DNA from: a virus
Taxonomy: Duplodnaviria > Caudoviricetes
Reading direction: 5' to 3' (one strand)
IMG/VR virus record: IMGVR_UViG_3300037882_001299
Coordinates: 1 to 51,305 of that record
Length of the DNA: 51,305 nucleotides
Below, piece after piece: positions 9,359-17,946 of the stretch (the first letter of the stretch is position 1; each line of letters begins with the position of its first letter). The translations under genes were made by a program, and so were the position numbers. The notes under the pieces were generated by a model. The model was not told the DNA's origin. It saw only the letters and a list, made by a program, of their open reading frames with translations, and made no database searches.

Positions 9359-11404
9359 TTACGCCATTTCGTTACTTATCATTTGCATCTCATTTCCCAT
9401 TTGGTCACCTCCTTGCATTCCACGGGTCATGTTGTTGGCGATGTTGGTAGTTGGTGTCGTAGAGACGCCTTTATCCACCATAGACTTTTGAGCCCCTTCG
9501 TCTGGTTTGTTCTGCGGGTTGATGACATCCTGCTTCATTATCTTCGTTGGGTCATCGCCCATCTTCTCAGCAGTTTGAGCACAGAGAGCGGCGTCGTCAA
9601 TCATGTCTGGGAAGAATGACTTGTACACGCGTACCTTTTCAAGCTGTAGTGCTTGTTCTGATTCCTTGGTTGCGTCTGCCTTTGGATTCTGTACAACCTT
9701 TGTATCGAAGTCAAAGTTTTGAATATACTCAAATGGAATAGCAACGATTTCAATCTCCTTCCTGTTTTCAAGTCGGTAGATGTCTGCTCGTGCGCGAAGG
9801 TCAGCCTTAGTTGGCATGTCCTCCTTCTTTGCGTACATCTCGATAATCTTAGCACCACGCTTACCGTTAGACATTAGAGCTGATTCAAAACGGAATGTGT
9901 TGAATGCTTTATTCATTTCATCAGAACCACCCTCTCCTAGAATCTGTTCCACGATAGGGCTGTCTGGCATGGTCCAGAACTGCATGATGTTCTTCGCGCG
10001 AAGTGTGGCCTTGCGACTTACTCCATATTTGATGAAGCGACCAAAGAGTCCTAGTACAGAAGCAACACCTTCAGCCGCAACGCGTACAGCCTGGGCTGGT
10101 GTGCGGTCAGCGAGGTTAGAAGCTGAACCCTGTTGGAGCGCATCAACAGATGACTCCTCCATAATCTTTCGGGTGTACTCCAAGATGTATTGGTGCCATC
10201 CAGAAGGGGTAGAGATATCTAACTCTACAACCGCATCCTTAATAGATAGACCTTGTGTGTCAATCGGGGTGCGTCGTCCTGGGCGGAGGTAGTCATCTTC
10301 AATAGAGTCAAATCCGTTAGTTAGGATTGGCTTGAAGACAGTCAAGAAAGACTGGTCAAGCATCATGTTTGTTAGAACGTTAAGAACGTCCTGGTATGAC
10401 TTAAGCTTATCAGGCAGGGATTTGCCGTAGAAGAAGTTCGCATCGAACGACTCAAAGCGAACCTCCCAGAATGGTAGTTCCTTGTGTTTGAATGGAAGGG
10501 GTGAGATTTCCTTGCCGGATGAAGTAAGAATAGGGTTAAGCCACTTACCGTTAGCAATAACAACGTACTCGTCAACGTCTTGGTTGTAGTAGCGGATAAT
10601 TTCTACTTGCCCATCCTCCACGTCACTAGATACGTAGTCTGTGTACCCTGGCTTATTCTCCATACTGGCATCAGACGCAGCTGTGAATGGAACGTCTGTA
10701 GCCCGAGCAAAGTATGCAAAGTCTTGTAGGAATTGCTGGTACGGGGTAACATTACGCCAGAAACAAAATGGCATCGACTTAATCTTACGCACACCAACAG
10801 ATGATGGGTAGAAGTCCTCAAGTCTAACAATGTCTCCGTAAAGGCGGTTGGTCCTCTGAATCTTTTCAGTAACAGTGATGTCATCTCCGAAACCTTGGAT
10901 GTCACGAATCTTAGTCTCCTTCTTCTCGTATCCTTCGTATCCAATAGCAGTCCCCTTAACACAAGACTCTAAAAGAATATTAACCATCAATTCTTCATAG
11001 TCGTCAACATCCTCAGAGTACTCGTAGAGGTCTGTTATGATTTGGCCGCGACGCATGTCTTCATCTCCACGTCCTTTGAACTCAGCAATAGGAATAACCT
11101 GAGCAACCTTGCCCACGATAGCCATTACCTTGTTACGTGTAAACTGGTCGTGTACACGAGCTTGCCAATCTTCGATATTCTCTCGCTCATCAATATTAGT
11201 TGTGTAGCGGTGAACTGAGTCATCAATGTAATCAACGAGACACTGACCATCGAAGTTTTCGAAGTTCATGTTTCTCATGTCCGCAGCATTGCGGAACTTA
11301 TTGAATACAGCGCTAACAACAGCTTGCTCTTCTTCGTCTACTCTTGGAAGAACTCCTTGTGGCTCGTTCTCCTCTAAGACGGAGACATTTTTTGTATCAG
11401 ACAT
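9359..11404 (-). CDS. Portal protein (P22-like)
   Basis: ~680 aa after terminase; FFYGKSLPD motif; start placed at 11404 because the 11416 ATG overlaps the -10 box. Confidence 0.85.
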   Translation of the reverse strand: MSDTKNVSVLEENEPQGVLPRVDEEEQAVVSAVFNKFRNAADMRNMNFENFDGQCLVDYIDDSVHRYTTNIDERENIEDWQARVHDQFTRNKVMAIVGKVAQVIPIAEFKGRGDEDMRRGQIITDLYEYSEDVDDYEELMVNILLESCVKGTAIGYEGYEKKETKIRDIQGFGDDITVTEKIQRTNRLYGDIVRLEDFYPSSVGVRKIKSMPFCFWRNVTPYQQFLQDFAYFARATDVPFTAASDASMENKPGYTDYVSSDVEDGQVEIIRYYNQDVDEYVVIANGKWLNPILTSSGKEISPLPFKHKELPFWEVRFESFDANFFYGKSLPDKLKSYQDVLNVLTNMMLDQSFLTVFKPILTNGFDSIEDDYLRPGRRTPIDTQGLSIKDAVVELDISTPSGWHQYILEYTRKIMEESSVDALQQGSASNLADRTPAQAVRVAAEGVASVLGLFGRFIKYGVSRKATLRAKNIMQFWTMPDSPIVEQILGEGGSDEMNKAFNTFRFESALMSNGKRGAKIIEMYAKKEDMPTKADLRARADIYRLENRKEIEIVAIPFEYIQNFDFDTKVVQNPKADATKESEQALQLEKVRVYKSFFPDMIDDAALCAQTAEKMGDDPTKIMKQDVINPQNKPDEGAQKSMVDKGVSTTPTTNIANNMTRGMQGGDQMGNEMQMISNEMA

Positions 11405-11414
11405 TTTATCAATC

Positions 11415-11443
11415 ATTATAACACAGAAACCTTTACTTTACAA
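11415..11443 (-). promoter_or_regulatory. Sigma70-type promoter of portal
   Basis: TTGTAA-17-TATAAT with TG extension. Confidence 0.65.
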
Positions 11444-11822
11444 CCACATTAGAATAAGCACGGATGGCGTTGTCTAGGAACTCCTTGTTGTTGCGGAGCA
11501 GGCGGACTCTCTTCTTCAGGGTGTCCATGGAGTCCCAGTATCCCTCTACGAAGTTCTTAATCTTAAGGGTTAACTCAGCGCGGTCTTCGTATTCCTCATA
11601 GTACTTCTGACTAGCAAAGCGAGGGTCCTTCTCGTCCATATCGTATCCCTTCATGGGCATCCACATGTACACCTCATGGACATAGGCTGACTGACAACCC
11701 GACTTCCAATAGATACGGTAAAAGCCGTGCTTGACGGGAACGAACACTAAGTAGGGAGACAGCTTCTTGCAATCTTCTACTAATCTTTTAAACCAAATTG
11801 AACCGTTTAATTGTTTAGACAT
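11433..11822 (-). CDS. Hypothetical protein
   Basis: 129 aa between terminase and portal. Confidence 0.65.
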   Translation of the reverse strand: MSKQLNGSIWFKRLVEDCKKLSPYLVFVPVKHGFYRIYWKSGCQSAYVHEVYMWMPMKGYDMDEKDPRFASQKYYEEYEDRAELTLKIKNFVEGYWDSMDTLKKRVRLLRNNKEFLDNAIRAYSNVVVK

Positions 11823-13465
11823 TAATATCCTACTGACCTTTTAACATGACGACGACCTGTGGAGTGTTCTCGTCGTGGGAACTTATCGTAGACTCCTGCT
11901 TTCCTTGGGCGGTAATCCTCTATACCCAGAGCCAGATATTCTAGGGCAGACCTGTAGTGCGATGTGCCATCGTGCTTTGGCTTGGCGGTGTTGTACTGCT
12001 CCATACCTTCAGTTCGCGACTTTGGATACGCGGCATTGATTATACACATATCAAAGTACCGTGTACGAACGTTTGAGTTAAGGTTGATACCGTCCATAAT
12101 TAACCTCTTAGTTGACGACTTGCGGATTGTGTGGTACTTCCAACGTTCGTTGAAGTTTATGATTATACCATAGTTCTTTAGTTCGTCAATAACAGTCAGG
12201 TCAGTAACTTGATTCACGAAGCGCCCCGCAGGGTCACCGAAGTGGGTTCCAGGTCTCCAGCCTGAGTGCGAACGGATAACCTCCTCCTCTTCCTTTGAAT
12301 AGGTATACGTACCAGATGGCATCTGCCCAGTAATGAACGGAACATAGAAGTCAATGTTCTTGCCTGTTCCACGTACAACGTCCACGATATTTAGGCCGCC
12401 TTCTCTTCGTGGCTGTGCCCAGATAATAGCTGTGTCGTCAGTCTTACCGAAGTCCCACGCTACATAGAGGGGTAGCGACTCATCGTAAGGGAACAAACCA
12501 GTTCTAACATTCTTCTCATCCCACTCTGGGTACACTCGTCCTGTTCGAGACTTAGAGTAAGAGATGTCCAGCTCCTGTGCCACCTCTTCTGGAGTACGGC
12601 GAGAGCATTCAAACTTATACCATTCATCATCCTTGAGCGGGTGCCTCTTCCAGTGCAGAGTAAGAACATCCATGCCCGAGTCCTTGAGCATCGAATAGTA
12701 ATTATACCCGTGCGGGGTAGAGTTTGCGATACGACATGACGTAGCATCTCCGGCAGAACCCCATGCGTCTTGTGCATAGTCCCAGAACCCGAGCTCGTCG
12801 AATAGGATACAAGTCTTACGAGAACCACGACCGAACTGTGGGTTCATTGTGTCTCCGGTAATCTGGTTACCATTGGCTGGGTTGATAAGCTTTAGTTTTG
12901 TTCGGTGCTTATCAGGATTGAACTTCTTCGGTAGCATCCATGGAGGTAGTGACTGTAGTGAGTAGTCCATCTTACCAAAGAGGGAGTCTTGACTTCTGTC
13001 GTCTACAAGAGCTTCTTTGTATGAACCTACAAGGAAGTTTACCCCTCCTCGGTAAAGCCAATACCACAATGGTACCCATACAAAAAGCAGCCACGAAGCT
13101 CCCATGTCTCGTGACTTCTCCACTAGCCCATCGCGCCCGTTGTCGATGTGTTCAATAATCCAACGGATTGTTTCCCGCTGATACTCGAACATAATGAAAG
13201 GAAGATGGTGTGGTGCGTGCTCTGGTCTAGGGTCGAATGACCACGCAAAGTTTTCTATAAAAAAGATACACCCCTCAATTGGGTCGTCTGGTCTTTCACA
13301 TAGATGTTGGATGTAGGACCGTGCCTGTAGTGAACGGTTACCTGCATCTAGGAGCTGCATCCGTTGGAGCATCTTCTCTGCGTATTCGTCTGAGGCCAGG
13401 TACTGAGCGAACTGTTCTTTACGTCGTATGAACTCTGCGGCTTCCTGGTCTGGGGTTAATTGCAT
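11822..13465 (-). CDS. terL: Terminase large subunit
   Basis: Walker A variant EKSRDMGASW, Walker B ILFDE, ANSTP coupling motif, nuclease AWDFG..D. Confidence 0.92.
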   Translation of the reverse strand: MQLTPDQEAAEFIRRKEQFAQYLASDEYAEKMLQRMQLLDAGNRSLQARSYIQHLCERPDDPIEGCIFFIENFAWSFDPRPEHAPHHLPFIMFEYQRETIRWIIEHIDNGRDGLVEKSRDMGASWLLFVWVPLWYWLYRGGVNFLVGSYKEALVDDRSQDSLFGKMDYSLQSLPPWMLPKKFNPDKHRTKLKLINPANGNQITGDTMNPQFGRGSRKTCILFDELGFWDYAQDAWGSAGDATSCRIANSTPHGYNYYSMLKDSGMDVLTLHWKRHPLKDDEWYKFECSRRTPEEVAQELDISYSKSRTGRVYPEWDEKNVRTGLFPYDESLPLYVAWDFGKTDDTAIIWAQPRREGGLNIVDVVRGTGKNIDFYVPFITGQMPSGTYTYSKEEEEVIRSHSGWRPGTHFGDPAGRFVNQVTDLTVIDELKNYGIIINFNERWKYHTIRKSSTKRLIMDGINLNSNVRTRYFDMCIINAAYPKSRTEGMEQYNTAKPKHDGTSHYRSALEYLALGIEDYRPRKAGVYDKFPRREHSTGRRHVKRSVGY

Positions 13466-13471
13466 ATACAC

Positions 13472-13500
13472 ATTATAACATGTGTATCACAATATTTCAA
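13472..13500 (-). promoter_or_regulatory. Sigma70-type promoter, leaderless terL transcript
   Basis: TTGAAA-17-TATAAT, ATG 6 nt downstream. Confidence 0.7.
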
Positions 13501-13501
13501 G

Positions 13502-13572
13502 TTGCGTAGTTGGGAATCGAACCCAAATCAGAAGCTTATGAGGCTTCCTGCTTGCCATTAGCATACCACGCC
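13502..13572 (-). tRNA. tRNA with CAT anticodon (Ile2 or Met)
   Basis: Cloverleaf; anticodon arm GAAGC-CTCATAA-GCTTC; T loop TTCGATT; G1:A72 mismatch. Confidence 0.8.
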
Positions 13573-13664
13573 ATTTATCGTTACGAGTCCGTGTCACTAC
13601 CACGCCAGCCTTTTTAATTTGTGGGCCAGTGAGGTTAACTGGCCGTGTTGGTTCTTAACGATTG

Positions 13665-13737
13665 TAGGAGAGACACGATTCGAACGTGCAACCTCCGGTT
13701 TCGAAGACCGGCGCTCTATCCGTTGAGCTACATTCCA
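13665..13737 (-). tRNA. tRNA-Arg(TCG), acceptor stem degenerate (possible pseudo-tRNA)
   Basis: Canonical D, anticodon (CCGGT-CTTCGAA-ACCGG) and T arms; acceptor TGGAATG/CTCTCCT has 3 mismatches. Confidence 0.7.
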
Positions 13738-14075
13738 AGTGCTGCCTCTCTTTCTTCATGGTGGTGCTTTCTGTGGCAGTTAGAACAAACCACCACACAC
13801 TTAGCCATCTCCGCCGCCATCCTTTCTTTGGACCAACCGTTCTTCCATGTGTCTGCCACAGCTATGACCTTCTCTCTCCCGTCAACGTGGTGGAAGTCTA
13901 AGGTCGCTGGGTGGTCCTCGCCACAAGCACATACGAGCGTCTGTTTGAAATCATTAAGCCACTTCCTTAAATCTTTCACCCGTCTGTGAATTTGCGCCTT
14001 TCGTCTCTCTTTGTTTTTTTCGTACCACTGTTTGTGGTAATCCCTATGGTACTGTTGTTTCTTTGTTAGTTCCAT
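13728..14075 (-). CDS. HNH endonuclease
   Basis: CACG...LDFHH...VCSNCHRKHH; free-standing in the tRNA cluster. Confidence 0.85.
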   Translation of the reverse strand: MELTKKQQYHRDYHKQWYEKNKERRKAQIHRRVKDLRKWLNDFKQTLVCACGEDHPATLDFHHVDGREKVIAVADTWKNGWSKERMAAEMAKCVVVCSNCHRKHHHEEREAALGM

Positions 14076-14076
14076 G

Positions 14077-14150
14077 CTGGGTTAGAAGGGGTCGAACCTC
14101 CAGGTTACGAGTTCAAAGCTCGCCGACTTTACCAATTTGTCTATAACCCA
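14077..14150 (-). tRNA. tRNA-Gln(TTG)
   Basis: TGGGTTA/TAACCCA acceptor, G73, loop CTTTGAA, T loop TTCGACC. Confidence 0.9.
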
Positions 14151-14450
14151 TCTTTGCTTCTCCGCTTTCTTTTTAAGGAGCGGTAGGATTACTTTTCTCA
14201 AGTACATCCCCTGCACCCCCATCTTGTTCTGGTTCCTCTGTATCTTCTCCCTCTTTTCTGATTTCGTCATAGATGAATAAATTAATCTTACTCCTCACTT
14301 CCTTATATGGAAGTTTTGACCAGCCTCTAAGCTGGGTCTTCTTTTCAAATTGTGTCATATTAACGATTGCCATTCATGGCGGAATTTCACCTCGTGAGCT
14401 TGTCAGACCTTACACGATACTTTCAGGGGAAGCTATCCTCCGTTAAGTTG

Positions 14451-14521
14451 TCAAGATACCAGGAGTTGAACCTAGGCCTCCCGAGTCCAAGTCGGGCACG
14501 CTACCGTAACGCTTTATCCTG
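14451..14521 (-). tRNA. tRNA-Pro(TGG)
   Basis: CAGGATA/TATCTTG acceptor, A73, CCCGA-CTTGGAC-TCGGG; A at position 8. Confidence 0.8.
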
Positions 14522-14574
14522 GAAAGTCGAGCCATGCTCACTACCTCTAATAGGGAGCAGTGGACCCGACCTTG

Positions 14575-14647
14575 TGCTGCGAGCAGGACTTGAACCTGCA
14601 AGAGTCCGCTTCTAAAACGGATGCGTTTACCATTTCGCCACCGCAGC
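14575..14647 (-). tRNA. tRNA-Leu(TAG) with short variable loop
   Basis: GCTGCGG/TCGCAGC acceptor, A73, Leu-type D loop, loop TTTAGAA, variable region of only 5 nt. Confidence 0.8.
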
Positions 14648-14877
14648 ATTAGGGAGTTAGGAGGTTGTCGGGTTCGCAAGTTACGAAATTTACCTACCCG
14701 TTACTTCAGAGCTTTTAGTGCATATCGTAGTCGTAACACTACTTTCGCCAGCCCCTCCCATCTGTATAAACTCCCCCTACCGGCAACCTACTTCCTGAGC
14801 TCAGGCAAGGTACAGGACTTTCGTCCACGGTAGTTTCGCAGAGATTCGGCTACAGTTAAGCGGCCGCGTCTGCTTTG

Positions 14878-14948
14878 TGCGCCATGTAGGAATCGAACCC
14901 ACATCTCCTCGTTGGAAGCGAGGCGTTTTACCATTAAACTAATAGCGC
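14878..14948 (-). tRNA. tRNA-Gly(TCC)
   Basis: GCGCTAT/ATGGCGC acceptor, CCTCG-CTTCCAA-CGAGG, T loop TTCGATT; discriminator A. Confidence 0.9.
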
Positions 14949-14950
14949 AA

Positions 14951-14997
14951 TGGTGAGGGGTCTGGACTTGCACCAGAATGAAAGCTGACTTCCCCTC
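14951..14997 (-). ncRNA. tRNA-like minihelix ending in ACCA
   Basis: GAGGGG/CCCCTC stem, T-arm TCTGG-TGCAAGT-CCAGA, encoded CCA; only 14 nt replace the D and anticodon arms. Confidence 0.5.
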
Positions 14998-14998
14998 G

Positions 14999-15565
14999 CT
15001 ACCTACCTGAGTTCTTATCAACGTTCTGCTCTCGTGCTTGGAGGGCAAGACTGATAATCTCACTTGGTGGTAGGTTCTTATCAAGCTGACTGATGACGGT
15101 AATAGTCTCAGTAGCTTCCCCTCTCAGAATCTGGCTCTTATCAAAGGAGATACCTGCAATGATGCCGAGGTCCTTGAATGATACAGCGTCTAGCTTCTTG
15201 GTTGAGTTAGCTAGTCGGTTTAGCTTCTTGTCGATAAGATGGAATGTCTTATCCCGAATGCCTGATACAACGTTCTTTATATCAAACTTTTCGTCATTGG
15301 CCTCAGCGAGGGTAACGGGCGTGTTGGATTGGATGGCAAGCTTACGCTGGGTCATCCCTTCCTGTACAAGGTCCACCACCTCTTGGTTGATTCCATACTC
15401 CTCGCAGTTGTTCTTGACCTTATTAAAGATTCCGTTGACTGCGTTTCGAATAGCCCGAGTATCTTTGTAGACCTTATCAAAGCCAAACATAAGCCCAACC
15501 TTTAAGGTGGACTGTGTAGCTAGAGCTTTGAATATCTCTACTTCTTTTTCTTTACCGTACTTCAT
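14999..15565 (-). CDS. Putative terminase small subunit
   Basis: 188 aa helical protein upstream of terL with DK.Q.LRGEAT C-terminal motif; own leaderless promoter (TGTGGTATAAT, 15573-15583). Confidence 0.55.
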   Translation of the reverse strand: MKYGKEKEVEIFKALATQSTLKVGLMFGFDKVYKDTRAIRNAVNGIFNKVKNNCEEYGINQEVVDLVQEGMTQRKLAIQSNTPVTLAEANDEKFDIKNVVSGIRDKTFHLIDKKLNRLANSTKKLDAVSFKDLGIIAGISFDKSQILRGEATETITVISQLDKNLPPSEIISLALQAREQNVDKNSGR

Positions 15566-15604
15566 TTCCTATATTATACCACAATAAATATGTAATGCAT
15601 AATG

Positions 15605-15676
15605 GGTGTTTGCAGGGAGTTGAACCCTGGCTGTCTCCTTCACGGGGAGAGGTGCTACCGTAACACTTCAGACACC
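15605..15676 (-). tRNA. tRNA-His(GTG)
   Basis: G-1:C73 pair; TCTCC-CCGTGAA-GGAGA; atypical A8 and C33. Confidence 0.8.
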
Positions 15677-15680
15677 ATAT

Positions 15681-15780
15681 TGCTTCGGTCCCGTGTTGTA
15701 CCACGTACTCCCTGTACAAGAAAGACCCGCTTAGACCCAAGCCGTAAACGGGGGGTCCGTGCGGGGATATTCCCGAAGCA
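15681..15780 (-). ncRNA. Putative structured RNA
   Basis: TGCTTCGG/CCGAAGCA closing stem with internal stems (CCCGC/GCGGG, GGACCC/GGGTCT, TTGTAC/GTACAA); strand assumed from context. Confidence 0.4.
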
Positions 15781-15827
15781 CCAGTAGTATATCATACTCT
15801 AGATTTCAGGCAAGCCCGGACAGTAGT

Positions 15828-15852
15828 AAACCCCACACGAATGCGGGGTTTT
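15828..15852. terminator. Hairpin terminator
   Basis: AAACCCCACA-CGAA-TGCGGGGTTT flanked by A/T runs. Confidence 0.5.
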
Positions 15853-15925
15853 AGTTTAGGTTCGGGGTCTAGCGCCCCTGTTTAGATTGGACCACCTCCT
15901 CTCACTCCAAGAGTGCGTAAGTACA

Positions 15926-16105
15926 TCATCCGCGTCCTCCTTTCGTTAGTTCTTCATAATGAAGCCTGCGATTGATTTCTTCGTCCGAGAATGTGAATCT
16001 GAACAGCGCATCTGCGTCTTGGCAGCCGGTAGAACAGTACACAACACGGGGTCTAGGGATGTTTACTTTAAGGGGTTTAAGGCACCAAGCGCAACAGCGG
16101 GTCAT
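15926..16105 (-). CDS. Small zinc-finger protein (59 aa; not in ORF track)
   Basis: MTRCCAWCLKPL...YCSTGC..., CxxC plus CxxxC. Confidence 0.6.
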   Translation of the reverse strand: MTRCCAWCLKPLKVNIPRPRVVYCSTGCQDADALFRFTFSDEEINRRLHYEELTKGGRG

Positions 16106-16106
16106 C

Positions 16107-16298
16107 TCATTTCTCCTTCCTGTGGTCTATTATACCACAAGTGGGACATGGGGCAAGCTCGGTTCTATCCGAGAACACACAATCTGGCTGAAGTCCATAG
16201 AGGTACTCTGCCCACCTGTCATCCTTTACAATCAAATCCCGGGCCCCTCTCTGGATAGTTTTCCCTATCCTATCTACAAACCATTGGCTATCCTTCAC
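16107..16298 (-). CDS. Hypothetical protein
   Basis: 63 aa, CPTC motif, tightly packed. Confidence 0.5.
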   Translation of the reverse strand: MKDSQWFVDRIGKTIQRGARDLIVKDDRWAEYLYGLQPDCVFSDRTELAPCPTCGIIDHRKEK

Positions 16299-16401
16299 AA
16301 GAAGTACACACAGAGTCCATAATAGAGATACGTATCTTCGTGGGTACAGGTCCGTCTAGTTCGGGTAAGTCAAAGTCTGGGATTGTTTCCTCTTCTGGCA
16401 T
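16288..16401 (-). CDS. Small acidic protein ending CTSCEG (37 aa)
   Basis: ATG at 16401 downstream of TGTGGTATAAT promoter. Confidence 0.5.
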   Translation of the reverse strand: MPEEETIPDFDLPELDGPVPTKIRISIMDSVCTSCEG

Positions 16402-17086
16402 AGGCTTTAAGTTAAATATAAGACTACTATTATACCACAGGCGTTCGTCTTCTACGAATCCTCCAAGCCAGTGTAATACGTTTAATAGAAAAAATGGTAA
16501 CAATTCTTATACGTATATAAATATATCTACGCGGCAACACCCCCTAGTCCCCCCCCCTCCAAACATCACATTGTACATCCTGTCAAGTACGTGCTATTAT
16601 ATGCATACCTATATACGCGCTCTGTATCGTGTGGCCTCTTATTGTGGGGGGTATACAGAGAATAGCCCACTATGGGGCTTATGTGTGTCTATGTGTACGC
16701 TCTATGCGTAGTATGGTATATAGATTGTATGTCATGCCGCGTACCACCATTGTATTTAAACAGGTGTGAGTTGCCCTATATCTACGGTCCTATATATATC
16801 TATCTATAATTATATCATAGTATACGTATACAGGCAAGGATATAATAACGTATTGGTGTATAGAGGTGCGCTGCTAGGCTTTGTGGTATATACATATCCC
16901 CACTAATGCCCCATACATATTGATACGTGATAGCCTACAATCAGAATAAAAAGCCCCATTTTAGCCTTACAGGTGTCACTTGCTAAGCCCTACAATGGAT
17001 TCTAAGCTCTTTTATATCCCCTACAGGTACCATGCATCCTTTATTCTTTTATAGGGGGCGCGTTATGCTTGTCCCTACTGTATGGG

Positions 17087-17132
17087 TTATCCACATACTT
17101 AGTATTGCGTTATAGAGGGGGCGCGGTATTAT
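17087..17132 (+). promoter_or_regulatory. DnaA box plus early promoter
   Basis: TTATCCACA, then TTGCGT-16-TATTAT. Confidence 0.5.
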
Positions 17133-17209
17133 GTGTAGGTGGCCACGCGACGGCTACAATGGGGGATGTGCTTAATAAGTGCATCCTTTTATTATATAAA
17201 TAGTTCTTT

Positions 17210-17548
17210 ATGTCAATTAAACAAAAAATAGAGGTAGTGCGGGAATCGTGGACGTGGAATCATAAGCGGGATATTGTCATCATGGTGCTTATGGTGGCGT
17301 TGTATGGGCAAGTCAATATTGATAGGGTGCGCGAGTTGGTGGCTTTTGATGATAAAGTCGAGGCGACCGTGTGTGATATCTTATGTGAGCAGCGCAAGTG
17401 GGTAGATACTAGGGCAGCGGAAATCCTAGCGCAAAATATGCCTAGTCATACCCGCGAGGCACAATATACGGCGCTTATAGAGTTAAATGAGATGAGTACA
17501 GAGCTGGCAGGAACTTATACACACGCGTCTCTAAAGAGGGCGGAATAG
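17210..17548 (+). CDS. Hypothetical protein with one TM/signal segment
   Basis: 112 aa; IVIMVLMVALY hydrophobic stretch. Confidence 0.65.
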   Translation: MSIKQKIEVVRESWTWNHKRDIVIMVLMVALYGQVNIDRVRELVAFDDKVEATVCDILCEQRKWVDTRAAEILAQNMPSHTREAQYTALIELNEMSTELAGTYTHASLKRAE

Positions 17549-17585
17549 TGTGCTATAGTGAACAGGTACTAACTAATTAAATTAT

Positions 17586-17696
17586 ATGCAATTATACCAT
17601 CTATTGTACATCCTAGCCATCGGGCTAATTGTAGCAGTGGCGGGGGCGGTGGCGTTTGTCGATACTTGCGGGGTCCGCGAGGCTTGCGGCTACTAG
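17586..17696 (+). CDS. Small membrane peptide (36 aa)
   Basis: MQLYHLLYILAIGLIVAVAGAVAFVDTCGVREACGY; AT-rich upstream. Confidence 0.5.
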   Translation: MQLYHLLYILAIGLIVAVAGAVAFVDTCGVREACGY

Positions 17697-17820
17697 GTAC
17701 AGGGGGCGAGTGGACGCGCAACCTATACATAAAACACACATGTGGATAACTTACACATGTGTGTTTTCTATTGTGTATACTGTTTATAAGTGAGTAGCTA
17801 ATCGACTCACTAAAATAGCC

Positions 17821-17946
17821 ATGGTAATAAAACCAGTTATAGTGAACGGTAAAATGGTAGTAGAGATGCGGGGCAAGGTGCGAGGCGTATATACTTGCGT
17901 AGTGGACAAGACTAGAGGCAAGGTGCTGGCGCGATTGTGTAGTTAG
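17821..17946 (+). CDS. Small basic protein (41 aa)
   Basis: MVIKPVIVNGKMVVEMRG...; downstream of a TGTGTATACT -10 box. Confidence 0.4.
   Translation: MVIKPVIVNGKMVVEMRGKVRGVYTCVVDKTRGKVLARLCS

Noticed and set aside
14790-14873. Hammerhead or theta/HDV ribozyme after tRNA-Gly
   Set aside because: GAAA and stems are present, but I found no CUGANGA core or HDV nested pseudoknot by eye; kept only as an unspecified structure
14082-15084. ORF-track peptides across the tRNA array (e.g. 14443-14679, 14788-15084, 14367-14615)
   Set aside because: They overlap tRNAs and structured RNAs and have no protein-like features; only 14082-14270 might be real
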